DNA from: Botryllus schlosseri
Lineage: Eukaryota
DNA: 64,000 nucleotides
Reading direction: 5' to 3'
Assembly (NCBI GenBank): GCA_051294905.1
Contig: CM119371.1
Coordinates: 20,028,001 to 20,092,000, forward strand
Of the stretch, positions 28,188 through 40,610 are shown piece by piece (position 1 is the stretch's first letter; the number at the start of each line of letters is the position of its first letter). A model generated the notes under the pieces. That model made no database searches, was not told the DNA's origin, and saw only the letters and a program-made list of their open reading frames with translations. The position numbers were made by a program, and so were the translations under genes.

Positions 28188-28464
28188 AGATATCGTTGGA
28201 ATGTTACCCGGCGTGCCAGCTGGAGCCAACGTTTGGATCGGCGCTTCTGACGTGGACAGCGGCCATACCGTCGAGAGTGCCATGTGGTTGGATAGGACGG
28301 ATTTAACGACTCAACCGGCTGCGACTGATTACGACACTAGCCCTGGAATCGCAGGGTGCGCATATTATGCTCCGGAATCGGCAGTAACTACCGGCATTAT
28401 GTTCAACGTCTGCACCCGCACTTCTGTGAACACCCCTTCCTATTACCTTTGCGAATTCTGCTAG
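28188..28464 (+). CDS. C-type lectin-domain protein, exon 4 (C-half of CTLD: ...VWIGASD...AGCAYY...FNVC...YYLCEFC*)
   Basis: Acceptor ttgttcgcAG. GC|A completes an Ala codon with exon 3. WIG motif and terminal YxCE motif present, stop TAG. Total CDS 576 nt = 191 aa. Confidence 0.9.
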
Positions 28465-28562
28465 TAGTCAAGTTACTCGAACAAAACTTTCAACTATGAC
28501 CCGTTTTGCTAACCAACCGCAGAGCCACAATTAACCTTATGTGAATCTCGTTGTTGTCTTGC

Positions 28563-28568
28563 AATAAA
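28563..28568 (+). promoter_or_regulatory. Candidate polyadenylation signal of the lectin gene
   Basis: AATAAA about 100 nt after the stop codon. Confidence 0.45.
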
Positions 28569-30068
28569 ACGCATACGCGGCATGTGATCGTTCGCTCTTC
28601 GGTAAACTCCAACGTAGAAATGGAACAGGAGCGCGCTGAAACCTCTGAGACGCGTGTAAACTTCATATGAGGGGATGTAGCCGACATAAAATTACGACAT
28701 TTAGTGCCACGCCTCAGTTGGTTCAATGGCGCTGCGGCACAGTTTAGATATTTTTTCAGATAATCTATTTTTGTTCGCGAAACTGGCACGTTCTAGCGGT
28801 AGCATAAATCATTTGAATCCGACATATCAACGACGAGATAGCGCAGAGATTCAGCTCCTAGCCTAATTTCATCGATAGTTATTGCGAGGAAAAGGACAAG
28901 ATGACTCGATTACTCTAATCCAGGGGTTCTTAACCTTCGCAAGGGGTGCTGGCGATTTTGAAAGGGGTGGAAACGCTCAGAGGGCGATATTGGGGGCGCT
29001 GGGATCAGAGGGCGATATGGGGGCGCTAAATTAGAATGGCTTCGCAGTAGATGATTAAGTAGTAGGACATATTTTTAATGAGTATTCAGAGCAAATTACC
29101 ATTCCACAAAACATGTCAAATCCCAAAATTCCTAGTCGCGCTTCGAGACGATGTTTGTTACATGTGTTTCCATAAATATAGTGGGTTAATATAATTCGTG
29201 TAAAATGAATTGCGCGTACTTTTAGATCGACAATTCTTCGTTAAAACAATGCTGTCACGCTTGCTAGGGTTTCAACAAAATATTTCAAACTAGGTATTAT
29301 ATCCTGCATCGAAGAAGGACGCACTGCATATCACTTTTGAGAGTGAGAGCTCATTGTACATAAATTATGTTTTAATTTAAACCTTTGCGCACGAAATGAA
29401 TAACTAAATATACTTGTATTTAAGAGCTACGAAATTAAATCGTCAGATTTTTTCTTCATCGTATCATAAAGGATGATACCATCTAGTTTTGTGGTACACC
29501 ACATCACAAGAACGTTATATAATATGAGTTGCTTTGTTTGAAATACATTCATGTTTAAATTGATAACTGGGTACAGTACTCAATTAAATTATTTGGGCAG
29601 ATATATGCATCTCATTCTCAGTTGACTTACTTAGTCACACAAAGCACTAAAACAAAATCCAATACAATTAATTTCCCCGTATATTGCCAATCGCAGATGT
29701 GAATTCGGGATGGTTTGAACTACAGGGTATGGGAATGTACCCGATTGTTGTAATAACAACCTTGATTTGCCGCCGAATATACGGGGGAGCTCGACGGGTG
29801 TCCTAAATTATTTCGGCGAATGAACATAAATGACACATCATATTTTGAGGACTCCCCCACGAAAAAATACGCATAAATATAGAAAATCGGAATAGGCATG
29901 TCGGCGTCGGCCATTTCCACGCCACGATGCACAAAGACATATGAAGTTTCCGCCAACATGGGACTCCGAGAAGTGTGCCAGAAGATCGTTAGCGGAAAAA
30001 CCTTAGCCAAAGAGGAGTGCCCTTATGTTGACCGTAAATTTCGACGTCCATTGTCCATATGTGCTTAA

Positions 30069-31139
30069 CTCTTTCGACGCCGAGCTAAATTTGACGATTG
30101 TCTTCAAAACGCCGCGATTTTCACCAAATAACCCCAATTTCAACCGATCGTAACTTCGTCGCTACCTTAGTTACCGAGACGTACCTACGTCCGTATTGTA
30201 GCCGCGAACGATATCTATCTAATGATGCGTAACGTGCCTTGATTGATCCTGTCGTGTTGCTAGGACAGGCTTCGGTACGAACTGAAGTTTGGCTGATTTC
30301 AGGCGCGCTGCTGCCAAGGTATGGATTTTGTTGGTGTTTCTATGGTACTTATAGATTAGCTGTGACGTTGTAAATTTCACAGAATATTCTTATTATATTA
30401 TATATTGATAATATATTATCCTTAAATCGTTAATTCCTTTTCAATGGCAATGCGGAGGTTCAGAACCGTCGTGAAATACTGCTGCCGACATGATCTTCGG
30501 CCGTCGATGCTTCAAGGTTATCATTGTGACGTCAAATCCGCAATAATGGCTCGCAAATTTGACTTCTGCTAGTACCGGTACTCAAGTATGTTTTTCAGGC
30601 GCAGTAACATACCGACGGAGCCCATTTGTGTACGATTACAAGCAACGATCTGCACAAAAACATCATTATTTGTCTCCGTTGAGTCCTCGTCATCTCCCGA
30701 TGCAATTTTACGTTTGAAAAACATGAATAAATACGTATATATTGGTGTGAAGTCTGTGTTGTCGCAGTACATGTACTGACTTGGTGGCTTCAGTAGATCC
30801 GTATATTAACTTAACGCGCGATGTGTCGCTAAAGATTGGTGATAATGATGTAAAATGTCTTTAGGTATTGGCATCTGTTGAAAATCATTACCGTCGTGGA
30901 AATATATATCAAATAAAGTTACTATTCCGAACAGGTAATCCAGCAAAATTGTTTCTTAGTAGCAAGTCTTGAATTTTGAATTCATTACCGCACAATGCCC
31001 CGACTGCCATGGACGCAAAACGGCATGTCAGATTTTCGAGACAAAAATACGCTCTCTCGATTTAGCGAACATATGGGGATACGCGGCGTTTTGAAGACAA
31101 TCTCTAGCGAACATATGGGGATACGCGGCGTCGAAAGAG
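30069..31139. mobile_element. Non-autonomous piggyBac-like element
   Basis: TTAA|CTCTTTCGACGCCG ... CGGCGTCGAAAGAG|TTAA, with internal inverted subterminal repeats TTGTCTTCAAAACGCCGCG / CGCGGCGTTTTGAAGACAA. Confidence 0.88.
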
Positions 31140-34100
31140 TTAAATCGCTCGTGCCCAATTATCATGTCGTCACCATCTGCACCTCACAGGACAATAAATG
31201 ACATTCATCAGAGAAAGATGATATGCTAGTGAAGAAATACCGATTTGGAAGCGTGTGCTATCTTTAGTTAAATACCTTTATGCGTTTCAAAATCTTTTGA
31301 CTATACAGCGTACAAGAGGTAACAAAATAAAAACATGTAACGAAGTATAATTTCACCAACGGGAACGCCCGAATAAGTTTAATTACACTGGACAACAATC
31401 TTGAACGAAAAATATGTTGACTTCGATTTTACACTTGATTTATGCAAATTTTGGCTTACTGATTCCAAAAATGACATTGGTTTTCTTCTGTCACGTCAAC
31501 TTTTTGCTCCACGACATATGCCAAAAATATGCAAATTTTCACGAATTTAGCCATCACGATCGAGGACCCGAACCTCGCTACCGTCAAGGCGGAACGGGGC
31601 CGAGTCCACGATCGATCGGCTTCCTTTGAAGGCAAGAACACGACACTTGGTGGGTTTGAATTTCATACCAGACCACCGAGAAAATTCATCGCACAGATCT
31701 AATTGCGCTTGAAGCTGGTCGCGAGACGAAGCACACAGACAGGTGTCATCTGCATAACCCTGAACTCTGACAGTGACGCCCTCCGCAGCGGAAACCGATA
31801 ACCGCTGCTCTGAAGCCCAGCGACGCCACGCAGGAGAACCTCCATGACCAGGTTGAAGTGATGACCGACACAGGGCATCCTTGACGGACGCCCTTCCCCG
31901 CTGGAATGGGGTCAGTCGGACCAGAACTGGTCGCGACTGAAAACACGTTAGACATGTAAATATCAGCCATCATCTCCACCATATATTCTGGGGCGTCAAA
32001 GTGCCTCAGGACCTCGATAACTAAGCCATGCCGGACGGTACCAAAAGCATTGGGGATGTCAAGTCAGGCAAGATAAATATCCTGCCCTGAGGACTTGGCA
32101 TCCGCAAGCAAGGAATCAAGCATGAACACGTGCTCGAAGACCCCCTCTCGCGGAACAAAACCCCTTTTGTTCCATGGAGACGACATCTCCATCGTATGCC
32201 CAGCTCTGGGGACGGCGAGCGATTACGGACGCGTAGATCTTATACAACGTCCTGAATAGCGCTATGGGTCTCCAATTGCCGACGTCTTCCATGTCGCCTT
32301 CGCGGTCCTTTGGAATTAGGATTTCCCGCGACTAGCGCCACTCAAGTGGAATTCGTCTGCAACACCTACAGATTTCGAAAAGCTCGGAGAGGATTTCTCC
32401 CTTGGGGTCCAAGCGCGTCCAAAATCCATAAGTGAGATCGTCGGAGCCTGGCGAACTACTTGTGTTTAAGGTTGCGAGTACTCCCGCTACCTCTAAGGAA
32501 GTAATCGGCTCGTCGTCAACAGCAGAAGCCAGGTCGCCCTAGTAACTGTGCTGAGTCATCCACGAAGGAATAGCAGCGTCATCATCGGAATCCGCGGCAG
32601 CAGCGTCAGCTCGAAATTTCCGCTCGATGACGTTAGCAGTTAATTTCGCACCTTTTACTGCCAGCATCACCCTCGATGATATGTCTGAACGCTTCCTTCT
32701 GATTGCGCCAAATATCGGACCGTACATGTTGGGCTGCCCCAGACCGGTCCTCGCGCTGGTCATTCAATTGGTTTACTTTGGCACGGCGTTGTGCTTGGCG
32801 CGAGTACCTATTCCTACGGGGGCGTTTACGGCCGTGAGGGCGGCTACAATCAGAGGCACGGAGCTCCAGCTCAAAATCCAGTCGCCTGAAGGCCTCGTCG
32901 TGGCGAGGACATCCTGATCCGCAAGCTCCGAGCGCAACTCGCGCAGATCGACTTGTGCACGAGGTGGCCTCGGTTACAGGAGAGGGAACGTCAACATTTA
33001 AATCGTCACGTGCAGTCCGCGAAGGAGGCCATCTCGTCGGACATTCACAGTGATCGACAGCTGCGGTAACTTCGGAACGTTCGACCGCTGATTCAGTCGT
33101 CACAGAAGGGACGGGGTTCGGGGCGCAGAAGAATTTGATGACGTCACGACTGTTGGCGAGTCACATGGCCCAGAGGAGGTAGTAGAGGATGAAGAATTGC
33201 GAGTGTGAGAGGAGGGATAAAAAATTTTTGACTTTACTTTATCTTTAAACTTTATAGAATAAACAGAGCGTCTACTAGAGTTAGAACTATACGTGACAAT
33301 GGCCGGGAAAGTACGGTTACCCCTGAAGAGGCTTCCGATGAAAATGAGGGATTGGCCACGGGTGAGAGTGGATCCGGTATTGTACCAGGAAATGAAGTTA
33401 CAGAGTTTTCCGCTGCGTCAACGGCAAAGGGGACTACAGAACGCAAAGAAAGGAGGGGGGGAGATTGCGTCGACTCGCAAAACAATCGTAGACGTCAAAG
33501 GGGAAAAGTTACTGGAAGCAGGCACGGCTCCCGTACGCGGCAGGTGGTCCAATGGCTCTTCGCAGAGATCATGTCTGGCTGCGCAAGAATTCTCCATTGG
33601 CCACACCTACCGCACACGACATCGTAATTTAGCGAGTTTTTCGCGATGTCGTGCTTGGCCAATATATGACGCCGAAGCGAGTTCAGCGTCTTGTACAGGA
33701 ATCCCTGCTTGTTGCAACCAGTAACTGGGCAAGGATACCTAGTCGCATCCTTGCCGTCATACTTTATGGGGACAGTCGTCAAAATTCCAAAGGGGGTGCA
33801 GGTATTTTAAAAGCCGAGCCCAGGGGAGAAGCAACCTCGGGGTGACATGACTTAAAATGCTCCTTCGCTTTTGCAACAAGATTAAAACACTTTCCGCAAA
33901 CCGGACAGGCATACCAACTATGAAGTCGCATGCCCCTGCACCGTCTAGAGCAGGGGCGGGCAACTTCTGCAAGTCGGCGGGCCGGATATAAGAAAATTAA
34001 GTACGTGGCGGGCCGGATTGCTGAATCGACACATTATTCGCCCATTTATCCACGTATACAAGGAAGAAATCGTATTTAATGAATGTATTTTAACGACAGC

Positions 34101-34174
34101 AATGCAACTTCAAAGCCATTTCTCGCCAATAATGACGAAGACAATGTGGATTTGAGAACAGCACTCTCATACAG

Positions 34175-34844
34175 CAGGCGTCTTTTTGCCAGTCACGGCC
34201 GCATTTCGACTACTCATGTAGCCTACGGCCGCATTCCAGGGAATAGTCGTAATGAACTAGCAGAACGCCAAATACTCATGTTAAGTGTCTATGACCATTT
34301 CCGGCGAACTCCGTACTAATCTATTAAATAATGTAGGCTGTTCATAGTCGCGCCAAGCGCGAAATTTTTTTCAGATTCATTCATGAATTTCGTCATGAAA
34401 ATTAGTAGTTCTACATATTATTTCTCATCCCATGTGATCAGATTCACCGGTAGAATTGGTGGAGGGTCGGTCGGGGCAGGCCAATTATTATTAGTCACTT
34501 TGTTGCATGCTGCTCTTTGCATGTCTTGACCTCCCGTCAGGATTGTCGGTATAGTGAGGAGAACACGATTCCGAGTTGGTATTTCTACATGTGCCGCATC
34601 TCTTCGCAACTGTACTGTGGGGCTCTGATTGCAAAGTGCGCAACTATATTAAAATCGAAAAATAAAGTCGCATTGAATCGCGCGCTGCGCGAAGAAACTT
34701 TCAAGAATAATTAAAATCTTTCAAGAAATCGGGAGTCAATTCGTAAATTCAAATTCCACGTCGACGGCCGCCAACACCTACTAATTGAATTACGTGTCCA
34801 CGGCCGCACAAATTTGCTTCTACGGCCGCAGGTTGGCCCCCCTG
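34175..34844. mobile_element. hAT MITE nested in 33951-35561, same family as C
   Basis: TSD TCATACAG on both sides, right end GGTTGGCCCCCCTG. Confidence 0.75.
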
Positions 34845-34920
34845 TCATACAGGTACCACCCCTGTCATACAGGTACCACCCCTGTCATACAGGTACCACC
34901 CCTGTCATACAGGTACCACC
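34839..34920 (+). repeat. Minisatellite, 20-bp unit CCCCTGTCATACAGGTACCA x4
   Basis: Four perfect tandem copies. Confidence 0.95.
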
Positions 34921-36362
34921 ATGTCTTCTTCTCTCTGATCAATCAACACACGGTGCAATCCTTCATCAAGATTTCAAGGCGTACAATAAGCCCGGTACCG
35001 CAAATTTACCAAGATATCAATGCATTAGGATTAAGTAGGTGACGAGATAGCGTGGTTGTTAAACTGTGCGGCCTGTCTATCTCGATATTGAATTCATGCG
35101 GGCCGCGGCCTCGAAATTTGAAATTGGCCCGCGACCCGTTTTCAGTTGGCGACACCTGGCATAATCGGTGTCTTACAAAAGCCTATAAGTGTGCGCCGTG
35201 CTACACGTCGACGGTTACGGAATCAATTATAGGAAATTTCGGCCTGGTGTAAATGACCATTGTCGTCGACAAACACCATTATTACCACAAATGACATTAG
35301 GGTTCAGTACATCGTAAATGCCGATAATGCAAGTCTTCTCGCTTCGACGAACTTACGCGTAAGCTCCACCCTCGCTCGCTGTGCATGCATGTGTATAAAA
35401 ACATACAATCACTAAAATGTATGTGAGCAAGTAGTGGGGAATCCCGGAAGACTGGGGCCGGTGGGCCACATTACCATGTAAGACGAAAAACTGTCCGCAG
35501 GCCGGACAAAATCCCTTCGCGGGCCGGATCTGGCCCGCGGGCCGTATGTTGCCCACCCCTGGCCTAGAGTGACAGCTCATTTTACGGGTCGAATCAGAAA
35601 AAACAACTACATTTCATGCAACAATACAACAATAGAGATCCCGGGAACGACAAACCACAACTTGGGGACGGAGATGCGACTTCTACGCTCGCTCCTGGAC
35701 CGTGGTACGGGAAAACGAGAGGACTAATGTTTCTTCTAGCCGTCGTGAAATAGTGCGAAGAAAACTAATAAGGCATACTAGGTGACTTAAGTCGCGACCG
35801 ACACAGATTAGATTGGACAACCAATCAAACGAATAGAAATAAGGAATGACAATAACTAGACCAATATGAAATAAGTATAAGGGGCCTGCACCGGCGCTCA
35901 CTAAGGAAGAAGATAGATAGAGAAATAAGAATACAAACACAAATACAAACAGTAACACACGATTGTTAAACGAAATACTAACACCAAGGAATACGATAAG
36001 AGTTAGCGAGCGCGTTATAGTGCAGGCCAGACGTGATTGATTACACACGCCGTGTCGAATCAATACTGCAGTTTCGGCTGCGCGTCTACTGCTACTGCTA
36101 CGGCCTACGCGTATGTTAACGCACGATAATATTACCCTTAGGAGTGCGCTAACACCCGTGATTCCTGCGACGCTGCTTTTGGACGGCTTTTCTGCTGGAG
36201 ATGGTATTCCAACGATGTTAATACTCAGCCGTCTATATTCCCGTCGCCCTTTCGGAGGTTTTGTAGATATGATCCACTCCGACTTATGATCTTCTTCTTG
36301 AAGGCGACGGTGCAACGTCAAGTTTTTGTAGATGCAGGGAATCCCGACGCGTAGGTCCTCGG

Positions 36363-36759
36363 CAGAGATGAGCCGATTTGAAATTTCTATGTCCTAATCC
36401 AATCCAAATCCAGAACTTTTTCATATTTAAGTCCATGTCCAATCCTAATCCGATTCCAACTGGAAATTCAGAAAAATACTAATTTGTGCAATGGAGGGAT
36501 TCGAAAATTTTCTTTCACAACCAACGATTCACTTGATTCAAGATAACTTAGTAACCATAAGTACATTAATAACTGATCTGAAGTAAGGTTGTCGCTATAA
36601 TTCGCCACACGACATTTCAAACTCCCAGAAAATAGGTAAATCCAATCCAAATCCTAATCCGTTCTGAAAAAAATGTCTAATCCAAATCCAATCCAAATCC
36701 GACAAAATTTCACAAATCCTGTTTTTTTAAAACCTAATCCTAATCCATGCTCATCTCTG
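36363..36759. mobile_element. hAT-like MITE (AATCC-rich), copy 1
   Basis: CAGAGATGAGC / GCTCATCTCTG. Perfect TSD GTCCTCGG. Confidence 0.9.
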
Positions 36760-37896
36760 GTCCTCGGACAAATTCACACACAGCAGCCTCGAATTTGGTT
36801 GTCATCAGAGAGACAAGCGATACGTTTATCGCCTTGTTGGATGAACAGCGTGTTCAAATCTCACTGTGGTGAAAACGACGTAGGTGTGTGTCCAAAACTT
36901 TCGATATTGATATGATCGGCAGTACGAGGGCGTCGCGCAGAGGAAAATAATTTACCCCAATTTGATGTCGCTTGCGTTGGACATGTTAGGTAGAGCTGTG
37001 TTGCGTACAATTGTTGTGTGGGCGTTCTCTATGTTATACATGCCCGTGAAACCGCAACAAATACTGTTATAAAATAAAACTGGGGTCGTGAGATGCCACT
37101 AACCCTCAAGTCGGAGCAGCGTATCTAAAGCTAGCAAGCTCTAACGCGCCTACTAATCTTGATAGCTTTGGAATTCATTTTCCAAGCGATCGTCAGGCAG
37201 AAGCAAAAAAACTTATGGTGATTCCATCCCCTCGACGAGCTGCAGCCTCCGAGAGGTTTGTCTAATACTCTTGATAAACTCCGTTTTCTGTCAGCATCAA
37301 CTTTCCAGACAATACCGATTCGTCATGCTCTTGACCAATCTCATAATAACTTAGACTGGCATCATTATATCATGGGGTTGCCACTTGCCATACATCCAGA
37401 ATTTCCCGGACATGTCCGGTATTTCACTGCAAAAACTGCGCGTCCGGGAGGAAATTCTAAAATATGCCGAAACGTCCGGAATTTTGAAGGCTTGAAGTAG
37501 GATCAAAGTTTGCATAAATCAACATGAACAATATTACTTTCAATCAGATTTATGTTATTTGAAGTTTTCGTCGCGCTGCGCGCGATTTAGTGCAACGTTT
37601 ATTGCTATTAATATGGGGATCATGTACCGCCCTCGCACAAATGCAATCATAAATAAATAAATAAAATCATCATTTACTGAAATAAATCTAGCTGTAATCG
37701 CAAATATAATATATAACGGTATATTCCTAGAGATGGTGAAGACCGTTTGGATGCTTTAGTCAAAGACAGTTCTCAACTAAATTTTACAACCTGATGCATA
37801 GAGTAAGTTCCAAAGAAGTTGCATCGAATACCTAAGATCCATGCTTTTTTGGGTGGAAGGGGGCTGAAACAATGTTGTTTCGAACCTGGTTGCAAC

Positions 37897-39937
37897 CAGT
37901 GATGACCATCGGAGCGGAGTCGGAGGGGATTCGGAGCGGAGTTTTGACGATTTTGTGACAGTCGGACGGAGTCCGAGTTTACAACAGATATTTTTTCGGA
38001 TAATTTCGGAGTATTGTAACTTTTGTCTCCGATATCTTTGGATAGATCTGACCAGAGTACACTATTGATTACACTGGTCAACAAAATGCAAATAAAATTT
38101 TTAGGCAGAACATCTGAGAGCCGTTTCTGGGGTTTTTGAGGTTGCTGATTACGAATATCACATTAGTTTTGTCAGATTGGCTCTTTGTCAGAAGATATTT
38201 ATACCCCTAAAAAGCCCAAAATTACTGTATTTACCCTTAAATATTTCGCTTGGTAGGAAGAAAATCGTTTTTTTCTTCTAATTTTATACTGCGCATAAAT
38301 AACGAATTTACTATGAAGAAGACTATGTGATTCTCAGTCATTCTGTCAATATTAACACGACATGATGCGAAATATTTGTTTTACAAAACAGAAGGTTGTC
38401 AAATCTAAAATTGTACTTTTGCACAACGAAAATACATATTCTCCTGTATCAATTGGTCATTCTACCAAGATTAAAGAGGAGTATAAAAGTAAAAAATTTG
38501 TCCTTGGAAGGCTTAACTACCATACTAATATGCGTCTCCTTTCTTTTGACTGGTAAATAGATAATTTTCCGTTGAGTCAACCAAGTGGGTGGGTATATCT
38601 AGTAACCCTATCAAACGAGAAGCTTAAATCTGGTATATTCGAATACCGATGAAAGATTACAATTTCACATTAGGAAGTAGATCAGTTCATGTAATTTCTC
38701 CTAAGATGTAGTAAATATCACTTTTTAGATGATCATAAAGCACCCAACCACAAACAGTTGGTCCGAGAATTCGTATCTGCATATCGAACACTTGAGCCCA
38801 AACATGAGCATAAAAGTTCACTTCCTGTTATGACATATTGATATGTTTCCTGATCATCTTGTTGATTAGCAAGGGGAGAGGCTCTTCCAAGACATCAAAA
38901 CAACAAAAGAAAGATATGTCGGCAGATGAGATGAACAATTGAACATATTGTGCCGGACCATTGCCGGAACCTTTCAAGAAACTAAATAGCTTACAGGCGA
39001 AAATCTTACAAAAAAAAAACAATTGTGATTTAAAATATATCAATAATAATGTATTCCAACTAATTAATTCAAATTTACAATCGGTGGTTGACGTAAAACT
39101 GATTGAATTAATGTCACGTTTTTTGAGTATCTAGGTAGATTCCTATGTACATGACTGGAGTTTATTTATGTACATTGTACATGATATCCGTGAAAATCTG
39201 TAACTATGATAAATTACTGCTAAATATGGTGCTGTTGGTATATTTTGATTAAAAAGAGTCTTCTGTGTGTAAAAATAACAAGTAGATTGATTTTTTAAAC
39301 TTCATAGTACGACCGAGCCGATTTTGCAGCTAGTCATTACCGCGAAAATGGGAGATTTTGATCAGAATAGCCCGATGGGTTATCTCCACAACAAGAGCCA
39401 ATTTGAATAAATCGAGTTCATATTCGGAATCAGTGCGCTTCAGAACCCCTAAGACCACTCTTACTTTGTCTGCCTAAAAATATGTGTTGACCAGTGTTAT
39501 GATTACAAACCAAAACACAGACAGTTGACACCTTGCAAAGTTGTAATATGACGGGTAACATGCAAAAATGATTGCCAAGTGCATAGAAATCAGCCATTTG
39601 CACTGCAATTGGGGACTGGAGAGTAGACAATACTATAAGGCCAGCCATATTATCACATTTAGTTAGTAAAACACATTACCAAGTGTACCATGCTTGCCAA
39701 TCTAATGATATGGTTAAAATGGTATGATTGGCCACGAGCTATCTTAACCTAGTGATCTAGCAAGGCATTTTCGTTGAGCATTGTCTGCAGTTAATTATGT
39801 TTCGGATACTTGACGAGATTCATCGGAGTATCTCGGAGTCTGGGATTGAGCTCTTCGGAGTCGGAGGGAGTTTTGCTCATACACCAAAGTTGTCGGAGGG
39901 ATTCGGAGTCTCGAAAAGCACTATCCGCTCATTACCG
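37897..39937. mobile_element. hAT-like element with CGGAG repeats, nested
   Basis: Perfect TSD GTTGCAAC, ends CAGTGATGA / TCATTACCG. Confidence 0.75.
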
Positions 39938-40198
39938 GTTGCAACACACAGCCAGATAACTGCACCGACCCAAAAGCATGATAGCGGTGCTCTCAAACAC
40001 CCGACCACCGGACCGGACAATAAGGTCCACCAGATGGTTTCATCCGGCCCGTGAAGAAATCTCTGGCAGATCCAACAATCACTATAGCTCACATTGGAGA
40101 TTGTCTAATTCAATTCCTATGTTCCACTCCACTCCTGTATACAGTCAATGGGCGAAACTTATCAAGTGTGACGTCATATTGACTGACTATGTGTTCAC

Positions 40199-40610
40199 CA
40201 GAGATGAGCGGATTTGGAATTTCTATGTCCTAATCCAATTTAAATCCGAACCTTCAAATCCAAATCCTAATCCATAACTTTTTCATATTCAAGTCCATGT
40301 CCAATCCTAATCCGATTCTAACTGGAAATTCCGAAAAAATATGCAAGGGAGGAATTGGAAAATTTACTTTCACAACCAACGATTCCCTTGATTCAAGATA
40401 ACTTAGTAACGATAAGTACATTAATAACTGATCTGAATAAAGGTTGTCGCCATTCGCCACACGACATATCGATCTCCCAGAAAATAGGTAAATCCAATCC
40501 TCCTCCTAATCCGTTAAAAAAAAATCTTTAATCCTAATCCAATCCAAATCCGACAAAATTTCATAAATCCAGTTTTTTCAAATCCTAATCCTAATCCATG
40601 CTCATCTCTG
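40199..40610. mobile_element. hAT-like MITE (AATCC-rich), copy 2
   Basis: Same TIR and body as 36363-36759. Perfect TSD GTGTTCAC. Confidence 0.9.

Larger units (their letters stand above)
33951..35561. mobile_element. hAT (Charlie/Buster-like) MITE inserted in the retrotransposon ORF
   Basis: CAGGGGCGGGCAAC / GTTGCCCACCCCTG. TSD GTCTAGAG/GCCTAGAG. Confidence 0.85.
31550..35580 (-). mobile_element. Decayed non-LTR retrotransposon of the RLE class (Utopia/NeSL-like): N-terminal zinc fingers + reverse transcriptase, 3' end missing, interrupted by a MITE at 33951-35561
   Basis: Minus-strand frames give CPVCGKCF...EHFKSCH, CPVTGC...RHILAKH, CGRC...HWTTC, then RT motifs SSPGSDDLTY..LDPKG, GNWRPIA, KGFVPREGVFEH, LDIPNAFGTVRH, KGVRQGCP, GYADD (about 31746-31760) and GMKFKPTKC. 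Multiple stops and frameshifts. Confidence 0.88.

Noticed and set aside
34839..34920. Palindromic 20-bp repeat as a CRISPR, iteron or operator array
   Set aside because: No spacers, and it is fully explained by TIR end + TSD + flank.
35683..36321. Longest ORF in the track (212 aa, minus strand)
   Set aside because: Non-ATG start, low-complexity hydrophobic content from an A-rich opposite strand, no domain. It lies in the probable 5' UTR region of the retrotransposon.
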